DNA of 64,000 nucleotides from Candidatus Poribacteria bacterium (lineage in GTDB: Bacteria > Poribacteria > WGA-4E > WGA-3G), in NCBI GenBank assembly GCA_965215265.1, contig OZ244048.1, forward strand, positions 928,001-992,000, given 5' to 3'. Each line of letters starts with the position of its first letter. Position 1 is the first letter of the stretch. The notes beneath the pieces are model-generated. The model was not told the DNA's origin. It saw nothing but the letters and a program-made list of their open reading frames with translations, and made no database searches. The position numbers were made by a program, and so were the translations under genes. This document shows positions 1 to 9,574 of this stretch, one piece after another.

Positions 1-329
1 AGTGCGACAGCGAGATTTGCGTGCCAATTGTTGTTGAGGACATCCGCCGTTGCACAGATAGCATTGTTGACGAGGATGTCAACTTTTCCGTAAGCGTCAA
101 CAGCATCGGCGATGAGCTGTTTCGCAGCGGAGGCATCTGAAACATCGGCATTGACAAACAGGGCCGTCCCGCCGTGCTCACAGATCTGATTCACTGTCGC
201 TGTGCCGAGTGAACTGTTCACATCGTCCACGACGACGTTGGCACCTTCTTGCGCGAATCGAATTGCGATAGCCTTGCCAATTCCACGTCCGGCACCTGTA
301 ACGACGGCAACTTTATCTTTCAACTGCAT
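1..329 (-). CDS. SDR family oxidoreductase (3' end outside window)
   Basis: Manual translation MQLKDKVAVVTGAGRGIGKAIA...GKVDILVNNA shows the TGxxxGIG and NNA SDR motifs. Confidence 0.9.
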   Translation of the reverse strand, partial: MQLKDKVAVVTGAGRGIGKAIAIRFAQEGANVVVDDVNSSLGTATVNQICEHGGTALFVNADVSDASAAKQLIADAVDAYGKVDILVNNAICATADVLNNNWHANLAVA

Positions 330-343
330 GAGGTATTGCTCTC

Positions 344-655
344 TTTTTTCGTATATCTCCGTACCGTCAACGCTTATGTCGTGAATACTCGTGTGTAAAT
401 CTCGTCGGAGGTTCCTTAGGCATAGCATAAGATGACTCCCAGTGGGTTGGCAAGTTCGGTATTCCCAATGGGTGGCGAGTAAAAGGTTATCTTCTCTCAT
501 GGACAGAGAAAGATACCTATCTCGCCACTTGTCTCTCCTACAAGGAGAGACAAAGATTACCTTATCTTGCCAATCTATAGATGGCAGGTAAAAGGTAGTA
601 AAGCGTGTCCTGAAGGACATGACTTTCTACCTATCCTGCCACTGACGAGATTTGT
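344..655. repeat. Palindromic intergenic element, family E, copy 1, interrupted by nested family-B hairpins
   Basis: TTTTTCGTATATCTCCGTACC...AAATCTCGTCGGAG left arm, and GACGAGATTTGT right inner arm after the insert; left arm matches 2038-2108. Confidence 0.75.
438..645. repeat. Nested family-B hairpins (3 copies)
   Basis: Outer stems TGGCAAG/CTTGCCA, TGGCGAG/CTCGCCA and TGGCAGG/CCTGCCA; homologous to 34927-34999. Confidence 0.7.
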
Positions 656-688
656 GTTTTTGTATACTGGAGCCCTACACCGCCTGAT

Positions 689-899
689 GTTTTTTCGTAT
701 AGTGCAGCACAACACCAATCTATGCTATGATAACCCTTGTACAAATCTCGTCGCCCACCCACCCAAATCCTTTCTATGCTATGAATCTAAACATCTAAAG
801 GCTCCGGCGAGATTTGTAAGGGTTTTAATATAGCAGCAACTGGCATTGGGCTCCTATATACAAAAAGCCTTTATTGGCCTCCAGTAGACAGAAAAACGA
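689..899. repeat. Family E palindromic element, copy 2, with extra terminal fragment
   Basis: TTTTTCGTATA...ACAAATCTCGTCG / CGGCGAGATTTGT...TATACAAAAA imperfect long palindrome. Confidence 0.75.
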
Positions 900-901
900 G
901 T

Positions 902-1987
902 TTAGCGCGGCAGCGACACCTGATTCGGTACTACAATTTCGCCTGCAATGATTCCGGTTCTGAGTGCTTCAACAGTTTTTAGGGTTTCTTCTGAAAGCAG
1001 AGATGCGTTGTGTTCATCTACGACGTAGTCAACGCCGCCTTCTGCGATTCCGAGGTACCGGGTTCCTGCCCTGAAATTACCATCAATAGTTTCGCTGATG
1101 AGCTCATAGACAAGGCTATCAAGATGTCTGACCATACTCGTCAATACCAATCCAGGTGCGAGGTGGTTGCCATTAGCGTCAACCCAAATTATATACTTCT
1201 GCTGCATTTTCGCAGCATCAAGGATCCCCGCCCCGGAACCGCCTGCGACAGCAAAAATTACATCAATCCCGTTTTCGTACTGTGCTAATGCGAATTCCTT
1301 CGCCCGTTCTGGATTCAGGAAACCGTCTACATTTGTGCTGATATATTCTATTGAAAGCGTTACGTCCGGCTTCACTACCTTTGCTCCGGCAACGTATCCG
1401 GCTTCAAATTCGTGTAAAAGTGGTACATCAGCGCCGCCAATATATCCAATTTTATTGGTTTCGGTTTTTAACGCTGCAATTGCCCCGACAAGAAATGAAG
1501 CTTCGTTTAATTTATGGTTGATGGCAGCCACATTGGGAAGTTCAAGTGCAACATCGATAATCGCAAAATTGATATCCGGAAATTCAGGGGCGACTTTTGC
1601 GAGAATGGCTTCCATTTGGTAACCCGCTGTTATAACAAGGTCTGAGTTTTGAGCCGCATCTCTTAGCTGCCTTTCCAACAATGCCGGATCGGTTTGGTCC
1701 CCGAAAGCTTCGGTAAGTTCTATTCCGAGCTCAGCCTCTGCCTGTTTCGCTCCACGTTGAATCGTATCACAGTAATCGGAACCCGGGCAAGCATCCGGAT
1801 ATAAAAGCGTTACACGAATTGGCATGCTGTCCGTTTCGCTTGGCGGCTCAGAAAGGATAACGTCCTGAACCTGACTGCAACCGAGTGTGAAAAGCAGTGC
1901 AAGTCCTAAAAAGAGGTATCTTCTGAAGTAAAGTTGGAGTGTTTTGGATCCTACTCCAACATTAGATTGTTGTGTTCTAATTTCCAT
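902..1987 (-). CDS. BMP family ABC transporter substrate-binding lipoprotein
   Basis: Lipobox LFTLGC; EASFLVGAIAA, IGYIGG, DVIFAVAGGSG and IWVD motifs. Confidence 0.88.
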   Translation of the reverse strand: MEIRTQQSNVGVGSKTLQLYFRRYLFLGLALLFTLGCSQVQDVILSEPPSETDSMPIRVTLLYPDACPGSDYCDTIQRGAKQAEAELGIELTEAFGDQTDPALLERQLRDAAQNSDLVITAGYQMEAILAKVAPEFPDINFAIIDVALELPNVAAINHKLNEASFLVGAIAALKTETNKIGYIGGADVPLLHEFEAGYVAGAKVVKPDVTLSIEYISTNVDGFLNPERAKEFALAQYENGIDVIFAVAGGSGAGILDAAKMQQKYIIWVDANGNHLAPGLVLTSMVRHLDSLVYELISETIDGNFRAGTRYLGIAEGGVDYVVDEHNASLLSEETLKTVEALRTGIIAGEIVVPNQVSLPR

Positions 1988-2037
1988 TCTTTTATATATC
2001 TCCGTTTTTCGTATATTTCAGTACGACAACGCCTGAT

Positions 2038-2205
2038 GTTTTTTTTGTATATCTCCGTACCGTCACCGCTTATGCTTTTGAGGGCTCGTGTGTAAATCTC
2101 GTCGGAGCCGCTCTAGGTAATGTCTTTAAAAATCAAAACATCAAAAGGCTCAGACGAGATTTGTAAATGTTTGTAAATAGCAGTAGCCTTTATGGGGCTG
2201 GTGTG
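2038..2205. repeat. Family E palindromic element, copy 3
   Basis: AAATCTCGTCGGAG...CTCAGACGAGATTT inner inverted repeat; stacked terminal fragments at 1989-2037. Confidence 0.75.
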
Positions 2206-2211
2206 GTTGTC

Positions 2212-2973
2212 CTAATGTTGTAACGTTTGCGAGATGAAGAGTTTTGTACGTTCGTGCTGCGGATTATCAAAGAAATCGACCGGTGCAGCTTCCTCAACAA
2301 TTGCGCCTTCATCAAAAAAGAGCACTCTGTCGGCGACCTCGCGTGCAAAACCCATTTCGTGTGTAACAACAAGCATTGTCATCCCGGAATGCGCTAGCTC
2401 ACGCATGACATCCAAGACTTCAGATATCATCTCTGGGTCAAGCGCACTTGTGGGTTCGTCAAAGAGCATAATCTTCGGTTCCATTGCCAAAGCTCTAGCA
2501 ATTGCGACGCGCTGCTGTTGTCCGCCTGAAATTTCCGCGGGGAATTTGTGTGCTTGATCTGCAATGTCGACACGTTCTAGTAAAGCGAGGGCGAGAGATT
2601 CCGCCTCGCTCTTCGCCATTTTCTTGACGCGGATCGGGCCCATGGTGATATTCTGTAAATTTGTAAGATGTGGAAACAGATTGAACTGTTGGAACACCAT
2701 TCCGACTTCCCGCCGGATCAGGTCTATATTCCGCAGATCGTCGCTGAGTTCAATACCATCAATAACAATGCGACCTCTCTGATGAACCTCCAACCGGTTT
2801 AGCGTCCGGATAAAGGTAGATTTTCCGGAACCGGAGGGGCCGCATATCACGGCTCTTTCGCCCTTTTGAAAGGACGTGGTAACCCCTTTCAGGACATGGA
2901 AATCGTCAAACCATTTATGGATATCCTCGCAGATAATAATTGGCTGCGTCGATGAATTTTCGTGTTGGTTCAT
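2212..2973 (-). CDS. aapP: General L-amino acid ABC transporter ATP-binding protein
   Basis: [17 protein letters not shown] and [13 protein letters not shown] motifs; last gene of the aap operon. Confidence 0.9.
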   Translation of the reverse strand: MNQHENSSTQPIIICEDIHKWFDDFHVLKGVTTSFQKGERAVICGPSGSGKSTFIRTLNRLEVHQRGRIVIDGIELSDDLRNIDLIRREVGMVFQQFNLFPHLTNLQNITMGPIRVKKMAKSEAESLALALLERVDIADQAHKFPAEISGGQQQRVAIARALAMEPKIMLFDEPTSALDPEMISEVLDVMRELAHSGMTMLVVTHEMGFAREVADRVLFFDEGAIVEEAAPVDFFDNPQHERTKLFISQTLQH

Positions 2974-3022
2974 ACTTTTATATCTCTCCGTACCATCGCT
3001 GCTTAGGTTGTGTCAAATTCGA

Positions 3023-3398
3023 TTTTTTGTATATTTCAGCCCCATCAAAGGTTATGTATTGTTAAATCCGATGTACATCTCGTCGGAGGTTAACTAGGTA
3101 TAGTCTTTAAAAATCAAAACACCCAAAGGCTCTGGCGAGATTTTCACAGTCATTATCAAAGCATAAAGCGTTGTGGGGCTCCTGTAGACGAAAGAACGAG
3201 ATTTTTTGTATATTTCAGCCCCATCAAGGGTTATGTATTGTTAAATCCGATGTACATCTCGTCGGAGACTCCTTAGGTTTTGACTTTAAAGACGATACCT
3301 AAGCAGGCTCTGACGAGATTTGTACAGGTTTTTACATTGCAGCAGCCTTTATGGGGCTGCAGTAGACGAAAAGCCTTTATGGGGCTGCAGTAGACGAA
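3023..3398. repeat. Family E palindromic elements, copies 4 and 5 in tandem, plus 27-bp terminal duplication
   Basis: Left arms starting at 3023 and 3202 are nearly identical over about 65 bp; AGCCTTTATGGGGCTGCAGTAGACGAA is duplicated at 3344 and 3372. Confidence 0.8.
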
Positions 3399-3427
3399 TT
3401 TTTTTTGCGGCTCCTCAGCCTTTTAGT

Positions 3428-4603
3428 TTAAGCTTTCCCGACTCCGAGCACGGTTTCAATCCTCTGGCTGGCATAAGACATGGAGTAACTGAAAATAAAA
3501 TAGATGGCTGCAGCGAATAGGTAGACTTCGGCAGACAACCCCTGCCAGTCTGGGTTTGCGAGGATGGTTTTCGCAATCCCCAAGAGATCCAGAAGTCCAA
3601 TAATAGCGACGAGCGACGTATCTTTAAAGAGTGCGATGAATTGGCCAACAATTGCCGGTATGACAGAGCGGAGTGCTTGTGGTAAAATGATAAATATCAT
3701 GGCTTGTGGATAGTTGAGCCCGACTGCTTGCGCGGCTTCATGTTGTCCTTTTGGAATAGCTTGGAGTCCGCCTCGCACATTCTCTGCCATGTAGGCTGCT
3801 GAGAAAAAGGTTATCCCGAGCATCGCCCGTAAGATCTTGTCAAAGCGGACATCCGGCATAAAAATCGGGATCATAATCTGTGCCATGAATAGAATAGTTA
3901 TCAAAGGCACGCCACGCACTAGCTCAATATAGGCGGTAGAAATCCATTTGATAGCGGGGAGTGTACTTTGTCGCCCGATAGCCAAGAGCACCCCCATCGG
4001 AAAACTGACGATGATCCCGACAGTCGCCAAAATCAACGTTAAGAGCAATCCGCCCCAACTGGTGGTTAGCACGGCATTCTGCCCGAAACCGCGTAGCATT
4101 ATCATTATCCATGGGAAGGAGAGCAGCCAACCGGCTATAACCCAAAGGCGTGCCTTTTTTCTTCCTCTGCAGAGAAAGAAACAGCCTGTCATGACTACGA
4201 CCTCGCCGAAAAATAGCAATCGCGTTAAGAGTTCAAAAGGCAGAAGAGCAAGGATAAGCCAAATGCCGGCAATGGCAAAGGTAAATCGGAACGTTAGTCC
4301 GCCCCAAATGCCGGCACTCACGCCGGTGAGTGCACTCAGCGTATATAGGACGATCCAGACTTGCCATATCTGATCTCTTGGATAGGAGCCGACTGAGAAA
4401 AGCTGCAGGTTGGCAGGAATAACACGCCAATTTGCCTGAGTGAATGCCCACGTCAAAATTCCCTTAAAAACAAAGGACAAAAATACAATCGATAAGCAGG
4501 TCAGGAGTGTATTATACCACGTGCTAAACAGATTCTCCTTGAGCCACTGTAAGATGCCTTTTCCAGCCGGAGGTCTAATAATATCGAGTTCTCGCGCTTT
4601 CAT
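3428..4603 (-). CDS. aapM: Amino acid ABC transporter permease
   Basis: YIELVRGVPLI, AENVRGGLQAIPKGQHEAA and FKDTSLV motifs; multiple TM helices. Confidence 0.88.
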   Translation of the reverse strand: MKARELDIIRPPAGKGILQWLKENLFSTWYNTLLTCLSIVFLSFVFKGILTWAFTQANWRVIPANLQLFSVGSYPRDQIWQVWIVLYTLSALTGVSAGIWGGLTFRFTFAIAGIWLILALLPFELLTRLLFFGEVVVMTGCFFLCRGRKKARLWVIAGWLLSFPWIMIMLRGFGQNAVLTTSWGGLLLTLILATVGIIVSFPMGVLLAIGRQSTLPAIKWISTAYIELVRGVPLITILFMAQIMIPIFMPDVRFDKILRAMLGITFFSAAYMAENVRGGLQAIPKGQHEAAQAVGLNYPQAMIFIILPQALRSVIPAIVGQFIALFKDTSLVAIIGLLDLLGIAKTILANPDWQGLSAEVYLFAAAIYFIFSYSMSYASQRIETVLGVGKA

Positions 4604-4685
4604 GCTTTAATTTCCGTTTTTGTACAAGGGTGTTCATTAAATCCGAATCCACTATAACAGGTTGTGAGGCGATTCTTCTTTCGTC

Positions 4686-5867
4686 TCATCGTCCAATGCG
4701 GTTAATCCGGCGGTTGTACCAGTTCATACACGCCGACGTGGTTAGACTCATAATGAGGTAACTCACCATAATCATCGCAAAAACGGGGATGGACTGTCCT
4801 GTTTGAAGCATCATGGTATTGCCGATGCTAAATAGATCCGGGAAGCCGATTGCCACTGCAAGGCTGGAGTTTTTTGCGAGGTTCAGGTATTGACTGGTGA
4901 GGGGCGGCACGATGACCCGAAACGCTTGTGGCAGGACAACCAGCTGCAACATCTGGTATTCGTTCAAGCCGATTGCTTTCGCAGCTTCGCGTTGCCCTTT
5001 CGCCACAGATTGTATGCCAGCCCGCACGACTTCGGCGATGAAAGCACCGGTATAAACGACGAGTCCAATTAAAAGGGCGGCTAGCTCAGGTGAAAGGTTG
5101 AGTCCGTCCACAAAGTTAAAGCCTTGGAGCACGGGTATCGTAAAGGTAAACGGCCGCCCTGGCGTTAGAAACCATCCCATCACAGCAACAACCAAAAACG
5201 CCGGCAGTGCCCATTTGGCACGAAAGCCGGGGAGTTCAAGTTGGCGAAGTTTGCGCCACCGCAGCAGATAGAGAATAGAGGCTAAAATCAGACCGCTCAG
5301 AAGATAAACGAGCCAAGTACTCAACCCGGGTGTGGCCTGTGGCGACGGGAGATAGGCTCCGCGCTGGTTAAGGAACGCGACATCAAAAAAGGTGAAACTC
5401 TCCCGGACCTTCGGTAATTTAAGCAAAATCTCGTACCAAAACAGAATCTGGAGGAGCAGCGGGATGTTACGGAAACACTCGATGTAGAGACCGGCAATGC
5501 TTCGGATTAACCAGTTGCTAGAGAGCCGAAGTACGCCGACAATAAGCCCCAGCACTGTGGCACAGACAATCCCGATAACACTGACCCGGAGGGTATTGAC
5601 AACTCCCACCCAAAACGCCTTCCCATACGATTCTGACGGGTCATAGGCAATCCCTTCAGATATCCCGAATCCGGCTTCCTGATTCAGAAAACTGAGATTG
5701 AGGGTCAACCCCAGTTTTTCCAGTCCTCGGAGCATATTTGCGTAGAGCAGCCCGGCTAACAGGATAACCCCGAGCAGGAAGAGGATCTGAAACAGGACGC
5801 GCAGCACGCGAATATCCCGCCAGAAAGGGATTTTCTCTGATGACGCTGCAGGTAAATTGTCTTCCAT
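4686..5867 (-). CDS. aapQ: Amino acid ABC transporter permease
   Basis: FRNIPLLLQ, AEVVRAGIQSV.KGQ.EAA and YLNLAKNSSLA motifs. Confidence 0.88.
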   Translation of the reverse strand: MEDNLPAASSEKIPFWRDIRVLRVLFQILFLLGVILLAGLLYANMLRGLEKLGLTLNLSFLNQEAGFGISEGIAYDPSESYGKAFWVGVVNTLRVSVIGIVCATVLGLIVGVLRLSSNWLIRSIAGLYIECFRNIPLLLQILFWYEILLKLPKVRESFTFFDVAFLNQRGAYLPSPQATPGLSTWLVYLLSGLILASILYLLRWRKLRQLELPGFRAKWALPAFLVVAVMGWFLTPGRPFTFTIPVLQGFNFVDGLNLSPELAALLIGLVVYTGAFIAEVVRAGIQSVAKGQREAAKAIGLNEYQMLQLVVLPQAFRVIVPPLTSQYLNLAKNSSLAVAIGFPDLFSIGNTMMLQTGQSIPVFAMIMVSYLIMSLTTSACMNWYNRRINRIGR

Positions 5868-6107
5868 GAACTCCTCAATTCCATTTCATTAGGAAAATTT
5901 TGACTTTCGCGACGGTTCATTTTACGGTGTTATATTATACAATTTATCGGTTTATCGGTCAATAATTTTTCCGGTGGGATTTGGTTTTTAGTTTTCGGTT
6001 TCCTCATGTCCGCGAGGTAGAGTGCCCGGCAAACCGTGCTTCTTTTCTCTGAATCAGGTCTATTGCCAGATAAGGAAATGCGGAGTTCTTGCTTAACCAC
6101 GGGAAAT

Positions 6108-6143
6108 AGATAAACGAGGAGCGGGGCAGATGCCCCGCCTTCA
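6108..6143 (-). terminator. Hairpin after aapJ (terminator or mRNA stabiliser)
   Basis: GCGGGGC-ATCT-GCCCCGC stem followed by a T-rich tract on the minus strand. Confidence 0.5.
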
Positions 6144-6169
6144 TTCAATTTCAATTAATTGGGTATAAC

Positions 6170-7246
6170 CTAACGGAACGGCATTGAATAGAGCAATCCG
6201 CCTTGTGTCCAAGGCTTGTTCACCCCGCGCGGTAAACCGATAGGACTGAGGTTGCGTTCAAAAATTTCAGCGTAGTTGCCGACAGCGGCGATAACCTGCT
6301 TTGCCCAATCTTTGGAGAGCCCAAGTTTTTCGCCGACATCGCCGCTCTCGCCTAAGAAACGTTGGATCTCCGGATTCTTCGTTTCAAAAGTATTGACATT
6401 GTCTTGCGTGATGCCGTGTTCTTCGGCGAAGAAGGTTGCATAAACCACCCAACTCACTACATCATTCCATTTGTTGTCTCCGTGGACGGTGACAGGTCCC
6501 AAGGGTTCCTTTGAGATAGTAACATCAAGGATGACGTGTGCCTCCGGGTCTTTGAACACTCTGCGGCGTGCGGCTAGCTGGGACTTATCACTCGTAACAA
6601 CGTCACAGCGTCCCTGCTCGTAGCTGCTGTAAAGGGTATCAATTTCCTCAAAGACGACCTGATTAAACGCAATTCCTAAAGCCCGCATGGTATCTGCCAG
6701 ATTTAGTTCTGTGGTGCTTCCGGCAGTCACGCCGATAGTTGCGCCTGCGAGCTGCTCTATAGAGTTGATGCCGAGTGCTTTGGGCAGCATGAACCCTTGG
6801 CCGTCATAAAAGGTTGGCGGTGCGAAGTCAGCCCCGACCTGGGTGTCCCGGGTAAGCGTCCAGGTGGTGTTGCGGATTAATACATCAATTTCGCCTGTCT
6901 GGAGGGCAGGAAAACGTTCCGGTGCTTTTAAGGGGACAAACTCCACTTTGTCCGGATCGCCGAAGACAGCGGCGGCGATTGCACGGCAGTAATCCACGTC
7001 AAAGCCACTCCAATTGCCGTCTTCGCTAATGAATCCAAAACCGGGAAGCCCGCCGTTAACACCAGAGATGAGCCGGCCTCTCTCTTTGACTTTGTCTAAT
7101 ACACTGTCTTGAGCGGTAGCGAGTAGGGGCATGGCGAGTAAAATTACCAACGTGCACGCGATGGCACGAAGCTGTCCCGTAAAATCTGAGCGCGAGAAAA
7201 AAACTGTTTTCCGTTTGTTAAGTGTAATTCTCATCAATCTATTCAC
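6170..7246 (-). CDS. aapJ: General L-amino acid ABC transporter substrate-binding protein
   Basis: GFDVDYCRAIAAA, RNTTWTLTRD, SKEPLGP and C-terminal GGLLYSMPFR; start codon uncertain. Confidence 0.9.
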   Translation of the reverse strand: MNRLMRITLNKRKTVFFSRSDFTGQLRAIACTLVILLAMPLLATAQDSVLDKVKERGRLISGVNGGLPGFGFISEDGNWSGFDVDYCRAIAAAVFGDPDKVEFVPLKAPERFPALQTGEIDVLIRNTTWTLTRDTQVGADFAPPTFYDGQGFMLPKALGINSIEQLAGATIGVTAGSTTELNLADTMRALGIAFNQVVFEEIDTLYSSYEQGRCDVVTSDKSQLAARRRVFKDPEAHVILDVTISKEPLGPVTVHGDNKWNDVVSWVVYATFFAEEHGITQDNVNTFETKNPEIQRFLGESGDVGEKLGLSKDWAKQVIAAVGNYAEIFERNLSPIGLPRGVNKPWTQGGLLYSMPFR

Positions 7247-7396
7247 AAAATTCTCCTTTACTGGTTATCGTCTTCGCGCGGTTTCAATCCGCACGCATTT
7301 TATCGTAGCGTTTTTCCTTCCCAAAGTGGGCGGTTGGACTTGTCAAAAATCTATAAATTGAGCCTTTAGGAACAGTCCAGAATTGATACCAAAACA

Positions 7397-7425
7397 ATTA
7401 TAGCACGTTCCGTGTGGCTTTTCAA
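7397..7425 (-). promoter_or_regulatory. Sigma70-type promoter for the aap operon
   Basis: TTGAAA-17bp-TATAAT with TGn extension. Confidence 0.55.
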
Positions 7426-7709
7426 GTAAAAAAATTTGCAGCCCTATGTTCCGTGTTTCCGTGCCATTTTGACAGAAAACAACGGATAACCCTTTAAGAG
7501 TAGATGCCGTCCATAATCCGATACACGAAACTTTTAATCGCACCAATTTGGAATCGAAACTAACCCCCCAGCCCCTTATCAGGGCGGCGAGATTGTGCTT
7601 TTACTCGTCCCTGTTTGGCATCGAAAGCCATCGCCCAAAATTTGATTGTATTTATCTTTGAAACCGTCTATAATATCTTTGAATTTTTCTATTGTTAGAA
7701 AGGAATACA

Positions 7710-8453
7710 ATGTACGACGTAAAACCACGAATTAAAGACCTCCCCGAAGATGAACGTCCGCGGGAAAGGCTTTATAAATATGGCCCAGAAACCTTGAGAG
7801 ATTCGGATCTGTTGGCACTCCTTCTCAAGAATGGATTTCAAGGAACAACCGCTGTTCAATTGGGCGAACAGATTTTGATGGCGTATGAGGGTGATTTGAA
7901 ACGGATGGCGGATAGCCGTGCACAGCAATTTGAAAAGATTAAAGGTATCGGTAAAGCGAAGGCGGCAGAGCTCGTTGCAGCATTTGAACTTGGGAAACGG
8001 TTGGCACGTTTCCATGGGGAACGTGATAAGATTACTTCGCCTTCGGATGTGGCAGATCTGATGATGTCAAAAATGCGGTATCTCCAGAAGGAAATCGTCT
8101 GCGTTTTGTGTCTTGACACAAAAGGCGGAGTTAGCACCAAAGGAATCGCTGGCAACTTAGATGACGAGTTGACATGGGGTAAGAAACTTTCAGAAACAAC
8201 GGTTTTTGCGGGAACGCTAAACGCGAGTGTTTTCCATCCGCGCGAAATCTTCCGCTTCGCGATTGAGGAATCCGCAAATTCAATTGTCCTTGTACACAAC
8301 CATCCATCCGGCGACCCGCAGCCAAGCCAAGAGGACATTCGCGCGACGAAACAGTTGATTGAAGCCGGCACGCACATCGGCATCAGGGTGCTGGACCACG
8401 TTATTATCGGGGACGGTATTTTTGTGAGCCTGAAGGAGGAGGGCTTCGTTTAA
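7710..8453 (+). CDS. radC: RadC/JAB domain protein
   Basis: ERPRERL, HhH GIGKAKA, HPREIF and HNHPSGDPQPSQED motifs; SD AAGGA before ATG 7710. Confidence 0.92.
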   Translation: MYDVKPRIKDLPEDERPRERLYKYGPETLRDSDLLALLLKNGFQGTTAVQLGEQILMAYEGDLKRMADSRAQQFEKIKGIGKAKAAELVAAFELGKRLARFHGERDKITSPSDVADLMMSKMRYLQKEIVCVLCLDTKGGVSTKGIAGNLDDELTWGKKLSETTVFAGTLNASVFHPREIFRFAIEESANSIVLVHNHPSGDPQPSQEDIRATKQLIEAGTHIGIRVLDHVIIGDGIFVSLKEEGFV

Positions 8454-9186
8454 CGTTGCGTTGCCGGAGCACCTCGTAGAGAAGGATGCCTGCAGCCACT
8501 GAAACGTTGAGTGACTCAATCCGTCCTAACATAGGTAGATGTACCAGATAGTCGCACTTCTGCTTGACTAACCGCCGTATTCCAGTAGCTTCGTTCCCCA
8601 AAACGAGGCATATCGGCACCGTAAAATCAGCTTCTGTCCACGGTAGTGCCGCGTCGTCAGCGGCACCGACAACCCAAACCTGCGCTGACTTAAGCTTTTC
8701 CAGGGTGCGTGCGACGTTCGTTACCTTTGCTATCGGGACATACTCAGAGGCACCGGCTGATGTTTTGTGGACAGCAGCTGTCATCCCGACGGCTTGGTTT
8801 TTCGGAATGAAGACCGCATCTACACTGGCTGCGTCTGCGGTTCGGAGAATCGCGCCAAGGTTCCGCGGGTCTTGAATGCTGTCTAACATGAGCAAAAGCG
8901 CGGGCCCGTCTTTCCGTTGGAGTTGCTCTAGAATTGCCGGTACCTCAACATAGCGTGTTCCGCTGACAACTGCAATAACACCTTGGTGCGGCGTAGTGGG
9001 CTCTAATATATCCAAGTGCCGTCGTGTGCAGCGTTGGTAACGAACACCGGTCTGTTTTGCCATTGCGATGATTTGACGGATGCGTGCATCGTTACTGCCT
9101 GCAGCAATCCAGATTTTTTCGATTTGGCGAGAGCCACTTCGCAAAAGTTCTATGACTGGGTTTCGCCCGACTACCTGTTCCGGCAT
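8404..9186 (-). CDS. rlmB: 23S rRNA (G2251-2'-O)-methyltransferase, TrmH family
   Basis: GRNPVIE, HQGVIA, DPRNLGAILRTA and ESLNVSVAAG motifs; 50-bp convergent overlap with radC. Confidence 0.92.
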   Translation of the reverse strand: MPEQVVGRNPVIELLRSGSRQIEKIWIAAGSNDARIRQIIAMAKQTGVRYQRCTRRHLDILEPTTPHQGVIAVVSGTRYVEVPAILEQLQRKDGPALLLMLDSIQDPRNLGAILRTADAASVDAVFIPKNQAVGMTAAVHKTSAGASEYVPIAKVTNVARTLEKLKSAQVWVVGAADDAALPWTEADFTVPICLVLGNEATGIRRLVKQKCDYLVHLPMLGRIESLNVSVAAGILLYEVLRQRNVKRSPPPSGSQKYRPR

Positions 9187-9192
9187 ATCATC

Positions 9193-9432
9193 TCAATCGC
9201 CGCGGACGAATTTAACATCGGGGCCGCGAGGTGTAATTTTAATATCCGGATCTTCGGTTTGGCATTGGACGCAGGTGATTCCCCCAACGTTGGCGGTTTC
9301 CATCCGCGGGGCGAGTTCCCTTCGCTTAAAAACAAAACCTAAGATATCGGCTGCCGGGATTTTGCTATCGCAGCTACCACATGGGACAGCATCGCCCCGT
9401 TTGACTGCGACTAAGAGTTCTGATGCTTTCAT
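9193..9432 (-). CDS. Small hypothetical protein with two CxxC pairs (putative Zn ribbon)
   Basis: CGSC...CVQC; SD AAAGG; stop codon 6 bp before rlmB start. Confidence 0.65.
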   Translation of the reverse strand: MKASELLVAVKRGDAVPCGSCDSKIPAADILGFVFKRRELAPRMETANVGGITCVQCQTEDPDIKITPRGPDVKFVRGD

Positions 9433-9574
9433 AATAACCTTTCTTATTATATATTATAGCAGATATTACAGTGAGCTGCGCGGGTGAAAACCGCGTCTAC
9501 CAAGGCAAGGCGTGTTTTCGAGCCTGCGAATCTAAATGTCTACTTACTTGCATCATCTACTATAAAAGATAATG

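Noticed and set aside
567-833. 88-aa ORF in the repeat region, and similar short ORFs at 14885-15262 and 40206-40430
   Set aside because: They lie over non-coding repeats or overlap real genes and lack coding signatures.
344-3398. CRISPR array or integron cassette array
   Set aside because: There are no short identical repeats with unique spacers, no cas or intI gene, and no RYYYAAC/GTTRRRY attC cores. The elements interrupt an ordinary aap operon.
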